From Chlorokybus atmophyticus (lineage: Eukaryota > Plantae > Mesostigma and Chlorokybus algae): a stretch of DNA of 64,000 nt. The stretch spans positions 331,116 to 395,115 of the forward strand of contig RHPI01003642.1 in NCBI GenBank assembly GCA_009103225.1, read 5' to 3'. Within the stretch, counting starts at the first letter, position 1. Each line of letters opens with the position of its first letter. Below are positions 22,089 to 35,910 of this stretch, one piece after another. The notes under the pieces are model-generated. The model ran no database searches. It was not told the DNA's origin and saw nothing but the letters and a program-made list of their open reading frames with translations. The translations under genes and the position numbers were made by a program.

Positions 22089-22982
22089 CTACTTCAACTT
22101 CACCTCCACATCCACACCCGCGGGCAAGTCGAGAGCCATTAGTGCATCAATGGTTTGGGCAGTGGGGTTCTCCAGGTCGATGATGCGGCGATGGCGGCGC
22201 ATTTCAAAGTGCTCCCTGGAGTCCTTGTCCACATGGGGAGACCGCAGCACGCACCACATCTTGCGCTTGGTGGGTAGTGGAATTGGCCCAATTGTTCGGG
22301 CCTCTGTTGCCGAAGCAGCCTCCATAATCTTGCTGCATGCTTGCTCAATGTTGCCACTCTCGTACGACCTGAGCTTGATGCGGATTTTCTGCTGCGGGAT
22401 AGAAGACTGCAGAACCAGAAGACAAGCATGCTCAGCACTGAGACCCGATGTATTACATACCAATTGGGCACACATCTGCCCATGCTACACTCAATAGTAA
22501 TAAGCAGTGGTCTGCCCTAACCAACACAGGAGGTACAACACCAATGCTGGCTTTGCATGACGGCACTTACCACGGCCTGAGCAACAGCTGGCAGCGGGCT
22601 GGCCCTCGATTGTCGCCTGATTGCCGTCAGCCGGACGGCGGCGTGAGATCGCAACCCTAACCCTTCATAGCGGGCAAAGGTGACGCTCTGAACCAAAGAC
22701 AAAGCTATAAGCGTGGACTTCTACCACAAGGCTTCTCAACTTGTCATGCACAGCTGTTTGCAAATGGCAGTACACGCAAGAAACGTCATGGCCTTAAGAT
22801 GAGGAGTTACGAACAGACAAACTGCGCACTAAAGTAGCATCACCCATCACCATCATCATTCAATTGCCTGCTATAGTTCACAATGCACACACCTTCGCGG
22901 GCCGCATGGAGGATACGGGAGCCACGGCAGCAGTCTCCCTGACTGCCACGCCAGCGGCCACAGCTGCGCACGCGCAAGCCAT
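22089..22982 (-). CDS. PRPS10: Plastid-targeted ribosomal protein S10 (uS10), probably 3 exons
   Basis: KIRIKLRSY...[35 protein letters not shown] in exon 22089-22406. Ala/Ser-rich transit-peptide exons upstream (22893-22982 and ~22571-22700) with GT-AG introns. Confidence 0.88.
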
Positions 22983-23191
22983 TCTGCTGCTGTGGATAAC
23001 TCAACCAGAGATCTCCCACCACGCGGTAGCCAAGTAAAAGTTCCCAATCCCTTCCACGCAAACAATTCCAATACCCGCCTCCAGCTCCTGCCGCTAACGA
23101 CCACCACGGCGACACCCCTGCCGCGGCCGCCGCCGCCGCCTGCAACCCGGATAAGCACCCCACCGCTGGAATGCAATCCAGACCAGAAGTT

Positions 23192-23200
23192 AAACCCTAA
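23192..23200. promoter_or_regulatory. Telo-box AAACCCTAA in the divergent PRPS10/TAF5 promoter
   Basis: Exact motif. A second TTTAGGGTT lies at 23548-23556. Confidence 0.55.
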
Positions 23201-23649
23201 CCCAACCGTCGTATGCGATATGTGCCGTCGGATGAGATGATCCGACGGGTTTGATCCTAAGCAATCCCTAAAAAGGCGCAGGGCGGCCGTCAGAGGGTTA
23301 AAAAGTGACCGCAATGACAGCAGCCGCTTGGATTTCACCCCGAGTTGCGGATATCGAGCGGCCTGTCGGCCTAGCGACCGCGCTGACGCCACCACGTAGC
23401 ACGCGTCCCAGCCCCTGCACTCTCAAATCCACTGCGCGAAGTCACCCCTTCATGCATGTACTTTCATTCAACGTATGCGCTTATCAGATTAAAGTCAAGG
23501 TGAACCTTCCCCTGAGAGGGGACGCTACAGTTGTCCGGGTTCAGGACTTTAGGGTTCTGAGCTTGTGCTTGGGGAGGTGGTTGTACAGCGTGGCGGCCGT
23601 GGTGGTGGTGGCGGGCGCGGCGCCTGGCGCCGCGCCGTAGAGTGGCATT

Positions 23650-26600
23650 ATGAAGGAGGAGGAGCTGGACCGCCTGGTGCTGGCGTATCTGCAGAAGAAG
23701 GGATACAAGCAGGCCGAGGCGTCGTTCAAGAACGACAGCCGGGTCCAGGGCCTTGAGGACATGGCCGCCGCCGCTCAGCTGGACATTGACACCTCTGTCG
23801 CCAACCATATCTTGTTTTACAATCAGTACGAGAGTTTGTGCTTGCTCTCATCATATGCAGTCAGCATTTAGGGCTACGCATGCAATCAGTACTGGTAGGT
23901 GTCAATCAATGGTTGCATGCAGAGCTGACCGGGACCCAAATCGTTACACTACGAGCTATGGGAAGCTGAGGGACTGGGTTTACAACTCCCTCGATCAGTA
24001 CAAGGCAAGCAATTTCATTTATTGCGTAGCCTGCTTGCGCTGCACCACATGCGCATCACGCAGGCTAGTTGTGCACACTACAATTGACCAAGCTTCGTGC
24101 TTGCATGCTGACCTCGCAACTTCCTTAGACCGAGCTAGCCAAGATACTGTACCCTGTGTTCCTGCATTGCTTCTTTGAGCTTGTGCACAAAGAGCATCCA
24201 GATGAAGGTGAGAGGCTCTGACAGCTGTTCTGCTGATTTTGTAGCATGCTTACTGCACTGTGGCTCATACTGCATTTTGTTTTTTTTGTCATTGTCATTA
24301 GCACGCAGCTTTTTGTCACGATACCGCAAAGACCACGAACGGCTGCATGAGCGTGAGCTGCAAGTTGTCCAAGGGCTGTCGACTCCTCAGCACCTGAAGG
24401 TACCACAGGGCTCCAGTGCTGTGTGGATTGGGCAACAACCAGTTGCAGGCCTTGAGAGCTTTCCATCGCGGTTTGCAGGAGAACTCGCTGGTGCAGACCT
24501 TTCGCAACAATAAGATTGACGTCAAGCTTCATCAGGCAAGCTGTCTTGTGTTTGTATCGTGCTTGGGTCATGCAGCGTGCATGCAAGCTCATCGGCAGCT
24601 CTGCATGACGATGTGCAAGGGCACTACGTCCAGGCATCCCAACGCTTGCTTACGGTTGTTGAACAGTACTCGGTGGAGTTGTTGCTGACGTTCTTGCATG
24701 GCTTGGACTCCATGCTCTTGCTCAGCATCATTAATGAACGTCTCAACATCAAAGGTCGGTGTTACCATACGTGGGTGATGTTCTTAAGGCAGTTGTTTCA
24801 GAACGCGCTTCAGTTGTTTGTGCTGTACATGCATTGACCATAAACGTGGGAGCTGACCATTTGTACGGCAGTCCTCGCCGGACAGCCTACAGCTGTTAGC
24901 GCTGATGAAGATGAAGCCGGCACAGTGACAGGTCAAACTCAAGATGCTGTTGCAGCATTGAACCAGAAGGAGATCTTATGGGGGGTACGGTCCTGTTTCC
25001 CTCCCAGTACAGGATCAGGAAGCACACATGCAGCGCATGTGATCTTTGTTCATGGCAGGCGTTAGAAGACTCTTTGGAACAGCGAGCTGAGGCGCTTGCT
25101 GCCGCCGACAAAGCAGAAGCCGCAGCAGCAGAAGCAGCTGAGAAGGATGCTGCAGATGGCAAGGTTAGCCCGTGTGAGTACGTCACGCTTTGTGCCCCAA
25201 GCAGCAGGCCCTCAGGATACATGGAGGAAAATATTGTTTGCAAATCCATGAATTGTGATGAGCATATGCACAGGATGCAGCAAAACCCGCAAAGCGTGCC
25301 AAGAAGGAGAAAGGGGAGGGTGGAGCAGCCAAGGCTAAGAAAGGGGAGGTTGCTGCTGCCACACCTAGCTCAACAATCCATTGCGTGACTCCCAATCTGC
25401 CTCTCCCAAAGCTGTAAGCTGCATCACATGCATCTGTTCTGGCTCTGGACTAGCTGAGAAGCGTATTCTGTAAGAAGTTTGCTGATTGACCAACCGCGGC
25501 GGTGCGTAGAAACGAGCGTGTTGAGTTGGACATCCTCAACGACCTTCGCAAACGCATATCATTGTCAGCTCAAGCACTGCCGTCTGTGTGCTTCTACACT
25601 TTTGTAAACGCACAGGACAGGTTAGTGGATGCGGTTGTTGCTAGTGTGACCCAACCTTTGTTGACCCGCATGTCGGCTTTGTTGCAGCCTGAATGCTGTC
25701 ACCATCTCCGGCAATGGTGCCTTGGTGGCAGGCGGCTTCACAGACTCCTCAGTCAAGGTATTCTAACTATTGAGCGCTTTGCTTGGTACAAAGTCCATGC
25801 TGGTGTTGGTGGCACGGCACACACGCAGAGTGAAGGTTACTGACTCAAGCACATGCATCCAGGTCTGGGATATGGACAGCAGAGCAGAGAGCGCAGGTAT
25901 TTTCTGAAGGAAAACCTGAGGCATGTATGTGACAATATGCAGTGCGCATGTAATGACGGCAGCAATGGTCGTGTTTGCTTTCAGCTCCTGGTGAATCGCC
26001 AGTTATGGGAATGAAGCACAAGAAAGTGTCCGAGTCTGGCTACACTTTGCTGTGCGGACACTCGGAGCCTGTTTTTGGCATCGATATGTCCCTTGATCAG
26101 CGCTTTTTGCTTTCCTCCTCCTCCGATCATACAGGTAGCATGTCGCATTTTAGATCATTGCGGACCATACACGTCAGCAGCTGTCTCACGCAGGAAGTCA
26201 CTTCTTGTGCTTGCTACCTATCAGTGAAGGAGCCTGATTTCGCTGTTGTGACAGAGGTGTTTGTTTTTGCTGCACTGCCCTTTATCACATCGTTCTCACG
26301 TTTCCCAGTTGTATTGGGCAGTCCGGCTGTGGAGTCTTGAGCTGGATGCAAACCTTGTAAGCTACAGAGGTCATAATCTCCCTGTGTGGGATGTACAGGT
26401 GCGCACTTGAATTGCTTGCGCTCTTTCTCTCCTTTGTGTTTTCCGCACTTATTGTGCGTTACCCTTGCCACTGTGCAGTTCAGTCCGGTTGGACACTATT
26501 TTGCTACAGCGTCGCATGACAGAACAGCACGGCTGTGGGTCACAGACAGGATACACCCCTTGCGCATCTTTGCTGGCCATCTTTCGGATGTTGACGTAAG

Positions 26601-27550
26601 CCTTTCAACAATGGTTTCACACCCTGCTAATCATCAATGTGCAGTGCATGCGTGATGTGTGCAGTGCATGCGTGCTAATGTTGTTTCGTCATTGTGCAGT
26701 GTGTGCAGTGGCATGTGAACTGCAATTATGTTGCCACTGGCTCTGCGGACAAGACAGTCAGGTTATTTGACGTGCAAAGTGGAGAATGCGTCCGGCTCTT
26801 TGCTGGCCATCACGGCACGGTGTACTCGCTCGCCATGTCACCCGATGGTCGCTCTATGGCTTCCGCTGGGGAGGACAAAACCGTGAAGCTGTGGGACCTG
26901 GGCTCTGGCAAATGCATATCGACAATGTGTGCACACACCAGCACAGTTTGGTCTCTTGCATATAGGTAAGTTGAGTGTCTATGAGCTCGTTGTGCACTTT
27001 CCATTCAGCCAGCTGCATGGCTGCAGCACAAGTTAGCAAGCTTTGCCCATGTTGCACGTGAGATGCACTTCGTTCTGGTGGTGACTTGCCCGTGTGGCTG
27101 CAGTGGAGAAGGGAATCTTCTTGCCTCTGGCGGTGCGGACTCATCAGTGCGTCTTTGGGATGTCAGCTCCGCGAACACGATACCCACGACTGTGCCTGCA
27201 CCGACCCCTTCAGTATCTGCAGACAGGTCCGCATTGTCATGCACACCACTTCTGGCATGTTGCAATTTGTGACGATAGCTTGTGATGGGCTAGAAGAAGC
27301 TTGCCTGCATAAGTGGTTGATATGGTATGGTTGTCCTGGACTGTGCAGCACGCAGCCTAAGAAATCAAGGCTACTGAAAACCCTTCCCACGCGCGCGACA
27401 CCAGTCTACAAGTTGAAGGTAAGCTTGCAGGTCTGCTTGGCAGTTTGTTCGTTGCATCATACAATCCTCTTCCTGCAGTTTACAAGGCGGAATCTGCTTT
27501 TGGCTGCTGGAGTATTCAAGCCACCCATGCACAGGAAGGACTTGCTGTAG
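23650..27550 (+). CDS. TAF5: TFIID subunit 5 (LisH + NTD2 + WD40), multi-exon
   Basis: [16 protein letters not shown]|[114 protein letters not shown]. Confidence 0.93.
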
Positions 27551-28299
27551 CAATGTTGGCAACAAAAGTTGCCGGTTGCAGTGCGCTGGTAGCGCTGTTG
27601 CAGAGGTTTATACAGTCCCATTGCAAACTATGTCATCTGGCCCATGCTTTGTAGACGGAACACAGACCTACTGGCATTGCCTTCATGATCATGATTGTTG
27701 CATGTTGGCACCCCGTGCATTGGTTGGCTGGACATTGGACAGTATTGTCCCCCACCCGCCCCTGAAATGCATGCGTCGGTGCACATGCACACATTGGGTT
27801 GGCTTGAGTTGAGTGCGATTTGGTCAGTTGGATGGTCCATGAGTCTTGGCTATGCACAGGATACGCCGTGCCAGTATGTCAGTCCGCACACCATGTGGCC
27901 GACGGAAGCAGGCTGCAGAAATCTAAATTGCAGTGCACACTGCCTGACTGGTGGTATGTGCACCTACACAAATCTTACGACAACTCTCGGGCACATGGCG
28001 GAGGCATGAAGTGCACAGCATGAGTGTGTACAACATATCGGATGCAGGGATTGTATCATGCATGAGCGTGTCATACACATGCCAACAATCAGCACAATCA
28101 GCACACTACCCCATCATGTGTGCATCAGTGCGATGGGGGAGGGGGTGGGTAGGGGGTAAATGAGACTGTTGGTGATAAAAGGTGATGTACATTACCTTAT
28201 GTACATTTACACAAGGTTCAGTGGCCATAAAAAAGTGGCACCGAGTGTCATAATTAATATTGTTACCTAACTGCACTGACCATATGTAACGCGCTAGCA

Positions 28300-31102
28300 T
28301 CACATGCGGAAGTCAATGACGCAAACTGTGTTGTTGCTGAAACAAGCAGCCACCTTGTCGCCAGTCTTGTTCCAACAAACCTCAAAGATGCCACCACTTC
28401 CGCGATAAGTGCGAACCAGGGAGCCGTCCTTCACAGACCAGATATGCAAGCAGCGGTCAAACGAGCCGGAGGCCAAAAACTCGCCGTTAGGGCTGAACGC
28501 CACTGAATATACAGGGTCGCTGCAAAACATTCACTCATCAGCGCTTTGACAAGTGAGGAAGCAACTATACCCAATAGTCAGAGTTAAGCAGTCACTATAC
28601 CTGTGTTTTGTCAGGCTATGCAGAAGGCTACCTTCGTCAACATTCCAAAGCTTGATGGTGGCATCAAATGATGCGCTGCATAGCATACATGTCAGCATTG
28701 AAACCCACAAGCAACAGAGCTGCAGACATGACGTGAAGCAGTGTGCTGCATGGAGCTTTGGCCATGTCCAGCCCAACATGATACGAAAGCTCAACATAGA
28801 AGCACCTTGCCAAAATAAGCGGTTGATTTGGGTTGGCAGTGCCTGCGCCTGTGGGACTCCACCGTATAGTGTAGATTTCCTGTGATAGGCCCATGTTAGT
28901 GTGTGCATGTTTTGAGACAAGCTGACTGCTGATGCAAAGCACCTCTGCAGTGCATCACCTTCTCATGTTCTCGAAGATCATGCAAGCACTTTTCTTGCTT
29001 CAAACTCCAGATCTGCAGTGACGAATCAAAACGACCGTCAACACTACTGACAGCCAACACCATGCGCACTGCAGATGACACCATACTGCGGGTTGTACCT
29101 TGGCGGTAAAGTCATCCGAGCAAGACGCTAACAGCGTTCCAGACGGATCCCACTTGATTGCATTCACCTCATCCTGAGCGACCGCTGCATAAGGACAGTG
29201 GACATTGTTGCCATATTCTACTGCATGCCAATGTTCTCACCTTGTGCCCTACAAACTGCTTGATGGGTCTTGTTTCACCCAGTTTGCAGACATAGATCAT
29301 TTTGTCAGTTGAGCACGTGGCGAAGGTCACATTGTTCTTCCAATCCACATCTAGCGTTGGTGCTGCATGACACACAAGGTTACAGAGCGGAATGTAAGCT
29401 TGTGTGACCCGTCGAGACAACAAGGATTAGAAGAGCTCAAGTTCCACACCTGAGTGAAACTCGAACTGCTGCTTGACATCACCGGATTTGGCATCCCAGA
29501 TGATTGCAGTCTTGTCAACGCTGCCACTCAACAGGCAGTCGCCTTTCTTGTTCCACTTGAGGGAGAATATGGGTCCCTTGTGCTTGTTAAGTGTCGCCTT
29601 CAAGTCACCTACAAGGAACTGACACTGGTCACACATTGCACGTCGCCTACGCAAGACACCGACAGCTCCCACTAGACAGTAGCGCACCTTCTCGGTTCCA
29701 GATGCGCGCTTGCCCATCATAAGACCCCGTGGCAAGGAGAGAACCATCCCCCTGCAGTAAAATCACAGTTGGGTGAACTTGACTGGTCAGGGACACACCT
29801 GGCACAGTTAAAAGTGGCACACAAGCGCAGACAGTGATATGGACAAGGATCCACTGCTGCACAAAGTCATTCAAGATGGGCGCGAGAACACTCACATTCC
29901 AATCAAGGGTCGTCACATCTTTTGACCCACGCTCGTTGATCTTGTTTACATGCTTCAGGACTATAGGTTTTGTTAAAGCTGCGGACGCCTGACCGCATGG
30001 ACCCTCCGGAATTGTCCATATGCGAGCGGTAGAGTCACCAGACCTGGGAGGCTTGCTAGCATGAGAACCTAAACCTGAACATCTTGAACATCAAGGTACG
30101 CCGTATGTGACGAGTTTGCTTACCCTGATGCGAGCAAGGGGGCTACAGGATTCCAGGCACACACAAACACCTGCAACATGGCCATCTCAGGTAAGACTAC
30201 ATGCAGTGCTTCAACCTACGTAACCGTGCATGCATGTAGAGTTACCTCGGAGTTGTGTCCTTCGAGTGTTAGCATCTCTGACTGTTGAATGTCAAGCGGC
30301 ACTGGTGCAGTATCTTCCTCCATGGGTTCTGCAGACGAAGGTGTTGGAATGAAGGTGTGGACGACAGAATTGACAATGGGACCCAAAAGAACTCCACAGT
30401 CAGCCACAACCTACCTGCAGTTTTCCCATCATCGCTGGTAAGTCGGTGTTTCATTTCCTTTTCCCGTTTCTCCTGCTCCGCTGCCTCGCGCCGTTCTTTG
30501 ATCAACTGCTTCAACTCCTCAACCTCCTTTGTAAGCAGATCTTGCGGCGTGAGCAATGCGAAGTCGCCCTCAACATCAGTGCCCTCCTGCGATTTAGAAG
30601 ACAGTTGAAGGACTCCTTGGGTAAGGGATGTGGAGTTGTACGCATATAGCAGTTGACTCCGTACGCCTGCGTGGAATGCAACTAGCAGAAGCTGCCAAGC
30701 AGCTAGGCACTCTGTAAAACAGCAAACAACTGGCACAACGGGCTGTTGCTACACCTCATTGAGGTTGGCCTCCAGCTCCAGGTACTGTAGTCCTTTCTGT
30801 ATGAACGAGATGAGCGCTCCAGGAGGCACGTCATTGCCATTGATGCTAGACTTGTGAACTGAACTCTCGTAGCCAAAAAGAAACGCCGAGTGCTGGAAAC
30901 CTGCACGTGTATAGCTTGTCACGACTCCGCACCATGTGAGCCAACGGCAATGGTGAATGTGCGCTGCGCCTTAGAGTACGCAAAAACCATTGCTTTTGCA
31001 TGCAGGCAGAGATAGCTGTCAGCTGGACGACAGACTGAGCACACCTGACTCCTGCAAGTAGCGGTAAACGAGGAAGTTGACCTCCTCAGATGAGATTGAC
31101 AT
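28300..31102 (-). CDS. HOS15: TBL1/HOS15-like LisH-WD40 co-repressor, multi-exon
   Basis: [123 protein letters not shown]. Confidence 0.92.
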
Positions 31103-31413
31103 GTTCACGCTAATGTCACGCTCTCAGGTGGAGTCCAAAGCAGGCAGATGAGACAAGCATTCGCCATCAACTCAGCGCTAAGCCTGTTAGCGCAAGCAGC
31201 AGACGCAACGTCCCGCCAAAATGCTGCCAACTCGAGGCAACACACTTATCCAACCCCTGATTCAGCATGACGAGCTTACAAAGCAGCCACACACAACCTA
31301 GAGCACAAGCAGAGTCTGTGTTGCTGCTGCTTCCTTGGACGCAGCAGCAACACAGCCCACCGCCGCCCGCCAACGAGCTGCACCGCCACCACTGCCACCG
31401 CCCGCCAAACAGC

Positions 31414-31600
31414 TTTTAGGGTTAGGGTTTGGCTGAGCGCCGAATTTTAGGGTTCCTTTGCAGTTAGCGAGCGGTTGGCAGCGGCGTACAGGGAAGTGTG
31501 CAGTGCGCGAGCGGTCTTGGAACGGGCGCCCTGTAAGACCGGCTGCACTGCAGGCGGTTTTACTGTGCGGCGGAATTAGGGTTAGGTCTTTTTGGGCCCA
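31414..31600. promoter_or_regulatory. Clustered telo-boxes and a site II (TGGGCC) motif in the divergent HOS15/RPL12 promoter
   Basis: ttttagggttagggttt (31414-31430), ttttagggtt (31445-31454), ttagggttagg (31576-31586), tgggccca (31593-31600). Confidence 0.65.
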
Positions 31601-31711
31601 CCCGCTCACGGCGGCGGCGGCGGCGGGTGGGGCGGGCGGCGAGGAAGCTGCGGACGAGGACGAGGATCAGGAGAGAGGGGCTGAGCCCGTGGTCAAGGTC
31701 GAGGGGTCAAG

Positions 31712-32736
31712 ATGCCGCCCAAATTCGACCCCTCCCAGGTCATGGAGATCTATGTCCGTGCCACCGGCGGAGAGGTCGGCGCGGCCTCGTCGCTCGCCCC
31801 CAAGATCGGTCCCCTGGGTCTGTCGCCCAAGAAGGTTGGAGAGGACATCGCAAAGGAGACCGCCAAGGACTGGAAGGGTCTGCGCGTGACTGTCAAGCTC
31901 ACGGTTCAGAACCGTGTTGCCAAGGTGCGTATCCCTTGGTGCATATGAGTGCAGTTGTTGTCAGTCATATTACGGTCCTTTGTACGGAGACTGGTGCATT
32001 AGCCGTTCCACTGGTAGGTATTGAAGCACACGTCAGTTTGAAAAAGCGACTGTATGAGTAGGTTTAGTAAATAACCTCATGCAAGGCATATGTACTCTAA
32101 GATGCATGGCACTCGGTTTGGTTTTTGGCGGCAGTTGCATTAGCAATGTGGCATCAGCCAGCACGAGCCTTGTTGATGGCGTTCGCCATTGTGATACAAC
32201 AAGACGCGGACACTGCATGGTACTCTAGTAGCATAGCGTTGCTCGATTAGGTAGAGGTGTAATGGCTGCATACTCGAGCAATATGAGCTAGTGTTGGGTT
32301 GAGTCATATTCTTGTGACTTGTTACTGCACAGTGCCGTTCAAGGTTGTTCTGTGTTAGTAACTGTGAGGATCAGTTAAAAGCTAGAGCCCATTGCGGATT
32401 GCCACAGCAATTAGCAGTTGTGCTGATTGACCTTTGTTGGCATCGCAGGTGAGCGTCGTGCCCTCAGCTGCAGCCCTGATCATCAAGGCGCTGAAGGAGC
32501 CAGAACGAGACCGGAAGAAGGTCAAGAACATCAAGCATGACGGCAACATCAGCCTGGATGAAGTGTTTGACATTGCGCGCGTGATGAGGCCGAGGTCAAT
32601 GGCAAAGCAGTTTTCGGGTTGCGTGAAGGAGATTTTGGGCACATGTGTATCAGTGGGCTGCACAGTGGACGGTGAAGATCCCAAGGACTTGCAAGAAAAG
32701 ATTGACGATGGGGAGCTAGATATCCCAGACGAATAG
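31712..32736 (+). CDS. RPL12: 60S ribosomal protein L12 (uL11), 2 exons (31712-31924, 32449-32736)
   Basis: [10 protein letters not shown]...[30 protein letters not shown]...[27 protein letters not shown]. Confidence 0.97.
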
Positions 32737-33164
32737 GCCTCTGATGTGTTATAGCTCGCCTGATGTGTCTGCCGTACACAGGCATACTGATTTTGCCTGC
32801 GTTCCCCAGCATGCGCTGTGGATTGCCTGTGGTCGCTTTTGCGCTACACCCGCAACCTCCTGCATGTGACTGGCTGCATGGTGGATTGGGTAAAATGTTT
32901 GCCGATTCCAATTTGTATAGACCTGTTTGCTGTGCATGTGGGCTTCAATGATTATGTCCCAAGATGCGACGTTTGCATACATTGCCAACAGAAGGTGGGT
33001 TGCAAGCCAGTTATGTGTTGCACCTCATTGGTGCTTGCAGCTCGGTATCTATCAGTTGCCTGCAAACAATGTCATTCGTGATGTAAATTGCAGCGACATC
33101 ATAGGGTATAAGATCGAGACTGAGGCAAGTGCACAGGCAAGAAGGTAGGAGCACCATGCAGTGT

Positions 33165-33289
33165 TACTACATGCTGCACTACGCACAGCACAGTGCGACA
33201 GTTTCATGCCATATTCTTGTCCAACACTACTACATGCTGCGCTATGCACAGCACAGAGCGACATTTCATGCCAAATTCTTGTCCAACAT
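33165..33289. repeat. Two-copy 63-bp tandem duplication
   Basis: tactacatgctgc starts at 33165 and 33228. Confidence 0.8.
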
Positions 33290-34547
33290 TCCCTTGGTAT
33301 GTGAGCGCTGACCCGACACCCGTGACACTGAGCACATCCGTTGTACATAGTGCAGGCTTTCCAAACATTCAAGACCAGGCCGCACACAACATGCACGCCA
33401 GCGACAGCAATCTCACCAACACGGGTATGTGGCCCTGTTTCGGCAGCACGTGGCGGTGGCGCTGCAGCAAGCACAGGGCCTGGCACTGCTGGAGCATGGT
33501 GCAGCGGCGGTAGCAACAGTGTCGGGATGGAGCCCGCTGCGAACGGGACCGCAAGCATCGGAGGCGGATGTGGCGATGGCGGCTGCATCAGGCGCTTAGA
33601 CACACGCTGCTGCTCGTGTGTTGCACAGGTAATCAACCAACAATACGCATGTATGCATGCCTAACGGGGAGGTCTAGAGTAGGGTAGTGTGGTAGGTAAA
33701 CAGGCAGTCAATATAGCCCGGTGGTGGTGTATGTGACTGTGTTTGCATGCTGGTTGGTATGCTATGCTGTTGTGACGTCATGCATGTCGCCAATTGTCTC
33801 GCGCATATCCTGTACATGTCAGACGTAGCTTGTAAATGTCGCGGTGCATGTGGTTGTGCTTAAGTGGTAGGCATGGTCACTTACTTACGAGCGAAGATAT
33901 GCATATGTTCATAATATTAGTAGAGTAAAGGATGTGCGCAGAGCTGTTAGGCATGCATAGACACTCTGCTGCAACGGCATACCATGCAATCATCAACACA
34001 AATGCACAAGCACAGCAACAACACCACCGGGCTATGCCATACCGCATGTCTCTACTCACTACTCTCAACACAAGCGCTCTACCTACCGAAAGGCTGCCCC
34101 TTTAGACATGCACAGATGTGTGTCTCGTAGTGTGCACAGTTGCATGCATGCGCACAAGCGCATATGTGCACAAGCGGTTTGTCCATGCACACAGCGCAGC
34201 TTGCGTACTTGCGCCGACAGGACCCCTGTTAATCAGTACACATACCATGTCATACAATTGTAATCATCAAAGCTAAGAGCGGTGATGACAGCCCTGTTCC
34301 ACCAGCACGAAGGCCCCAACTGTAGTCACTACCGTCTCGCGTGTCGGGCAACTGCACAGGTAAGCATAAGATGCAATACAGCGCTTGATGACGCTCAGAG
34401 CATGCAATCTCTCTGCAGGCGCATGTACACCAATGAGAAATTGAATCAGCCTTGCGGCTGTACATGCAGCAACTGCAATCAGTTCACAACACTCACTTCA
34501 AGCACGGAGCAACACCTTTGTACAATGGCTGCAATTTATACAGCGCC

Positions 34548-35519
34548 TTATTTGAAGACAGCTGATGACGACAGAATGATGCCGACAATAACCCCAAATA
34601 ACCCTAAAGCGCTTCCAAAGATCTCGATCACCAGAATCTTGACAAACAGCGTGGAGTTCTGTGCGTCCGACAACGCGCAACTGCTACCAATGATACCAAC
34701 GCACACCCTGCATCACAGGTCAATTCATCAGAACGGGCAAAGAGCAGCACAGCAAATTAGAAGCACGTGATGCGGAAATGTGCCTTCGTACCCACAAACA
34801 AGGTTCGCCAGGCCCACCAATAGGCCTGCAGCAAATATGCCGTATCCCGCCATGAGCGACTCTCGCGTATAGTTTCCGTCAACCATTGGGACGAACTCTA
34901 TCTTTGTTTGCAGGATGATGGCCACAATGACACCATAGATAGCAACCGCTTCACAGAAAATAACGCTGTGCATACAAAATGAAGTGTTGTCTACTTTGTT
35001 GGGAAGCACAGCACATTGCAAGAGTCGAAAACGGATGCGCATGCATGGACGCAAGCGGCGCACCAAGGTGCGGCGACTGGCTGTACCTGATGAGATTTTT
35101 GGAAGTAATGCGAGGAGCCTTTATGGCAGCACCCACCAAACTGCTGCCAGTGACAAAAATTCCCCTACATCACAACTACCAGTTTGCAAGAATGCAATAG
35201 GAGATGATGCAAAAGTTGTTGCGAGTGTGATACTACTCCTGCCGTACAAAGATGTGACAAAGACTCCATGCCAAGTGATAACATTCCGTCATAGTGACAA
35301 CGTGTGCACCACTAAGCTTGAGCTTTCACAACTTGTGCGTACTTATAAGTAGCTTGCTAGTGTAGAAAGGTGTACTAACGTTGATCAATGTGCAATGCAA
35401 TCGCAAATGCGTGCTCACCATGCAGCACCGAGCACTGAGATGCCTATGCAGAACGCCACGCCGATGCCTGAAAACGCATACGGCGAGACGTGCGTCAACA
35501 CATCATAGACGGCCCCCAT
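34548..35519 (-). CDS. VMA16: V-ATPase proteolipid subunit c'' (VMA16/ATP6V0B type), 4 exons
   Basis: [66 protein letters not shown]...[25 protein letters not shown]. Confidence 0.93.
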
Positions 35520-35910
35520 CCCTGCTGGCTGCTACCACTGCTGTTGCTGCTGCTGCTGTACTGCTACTGTCAACGCTTCGTGCTTGAAGCGGACAACCTG
35601 GAATGGCAGGACCAGATCTCACTAAGCCTCAAACATACTGCTCTAACGGGATCCGCAGGTCATCCCCACGCTCCTCTCTCCCCGCCTCGCCTCGCCCTGC
35701 CCGCCACCACCGCCGCCGCCCCGGTCCTCGTCAACGACAACGCTCAGCAACAACTTCCTTCCTGCTTTTAGGGTTTGAAACGGAGTTAGCACGATCACTT
35801 AACTGCTTGGCGACCGGTTGGTTAGCTAACCATTACATTGAGCAGTTAGCTGACCAACCTTTAAGTTAATGCGGCATTCCCTGCTGCAAGATCGGTTATG
35901 CTAACCATGC

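Noticed and set aside
22089-22475. Bacterial rpsJ contamination or HGT
   Set aside because: Preceded by spliceosomal introns and a transit-peptide exon, with no S10 operon neighbours. It is an ordinary nuclear gene of endosymbiotic origin.
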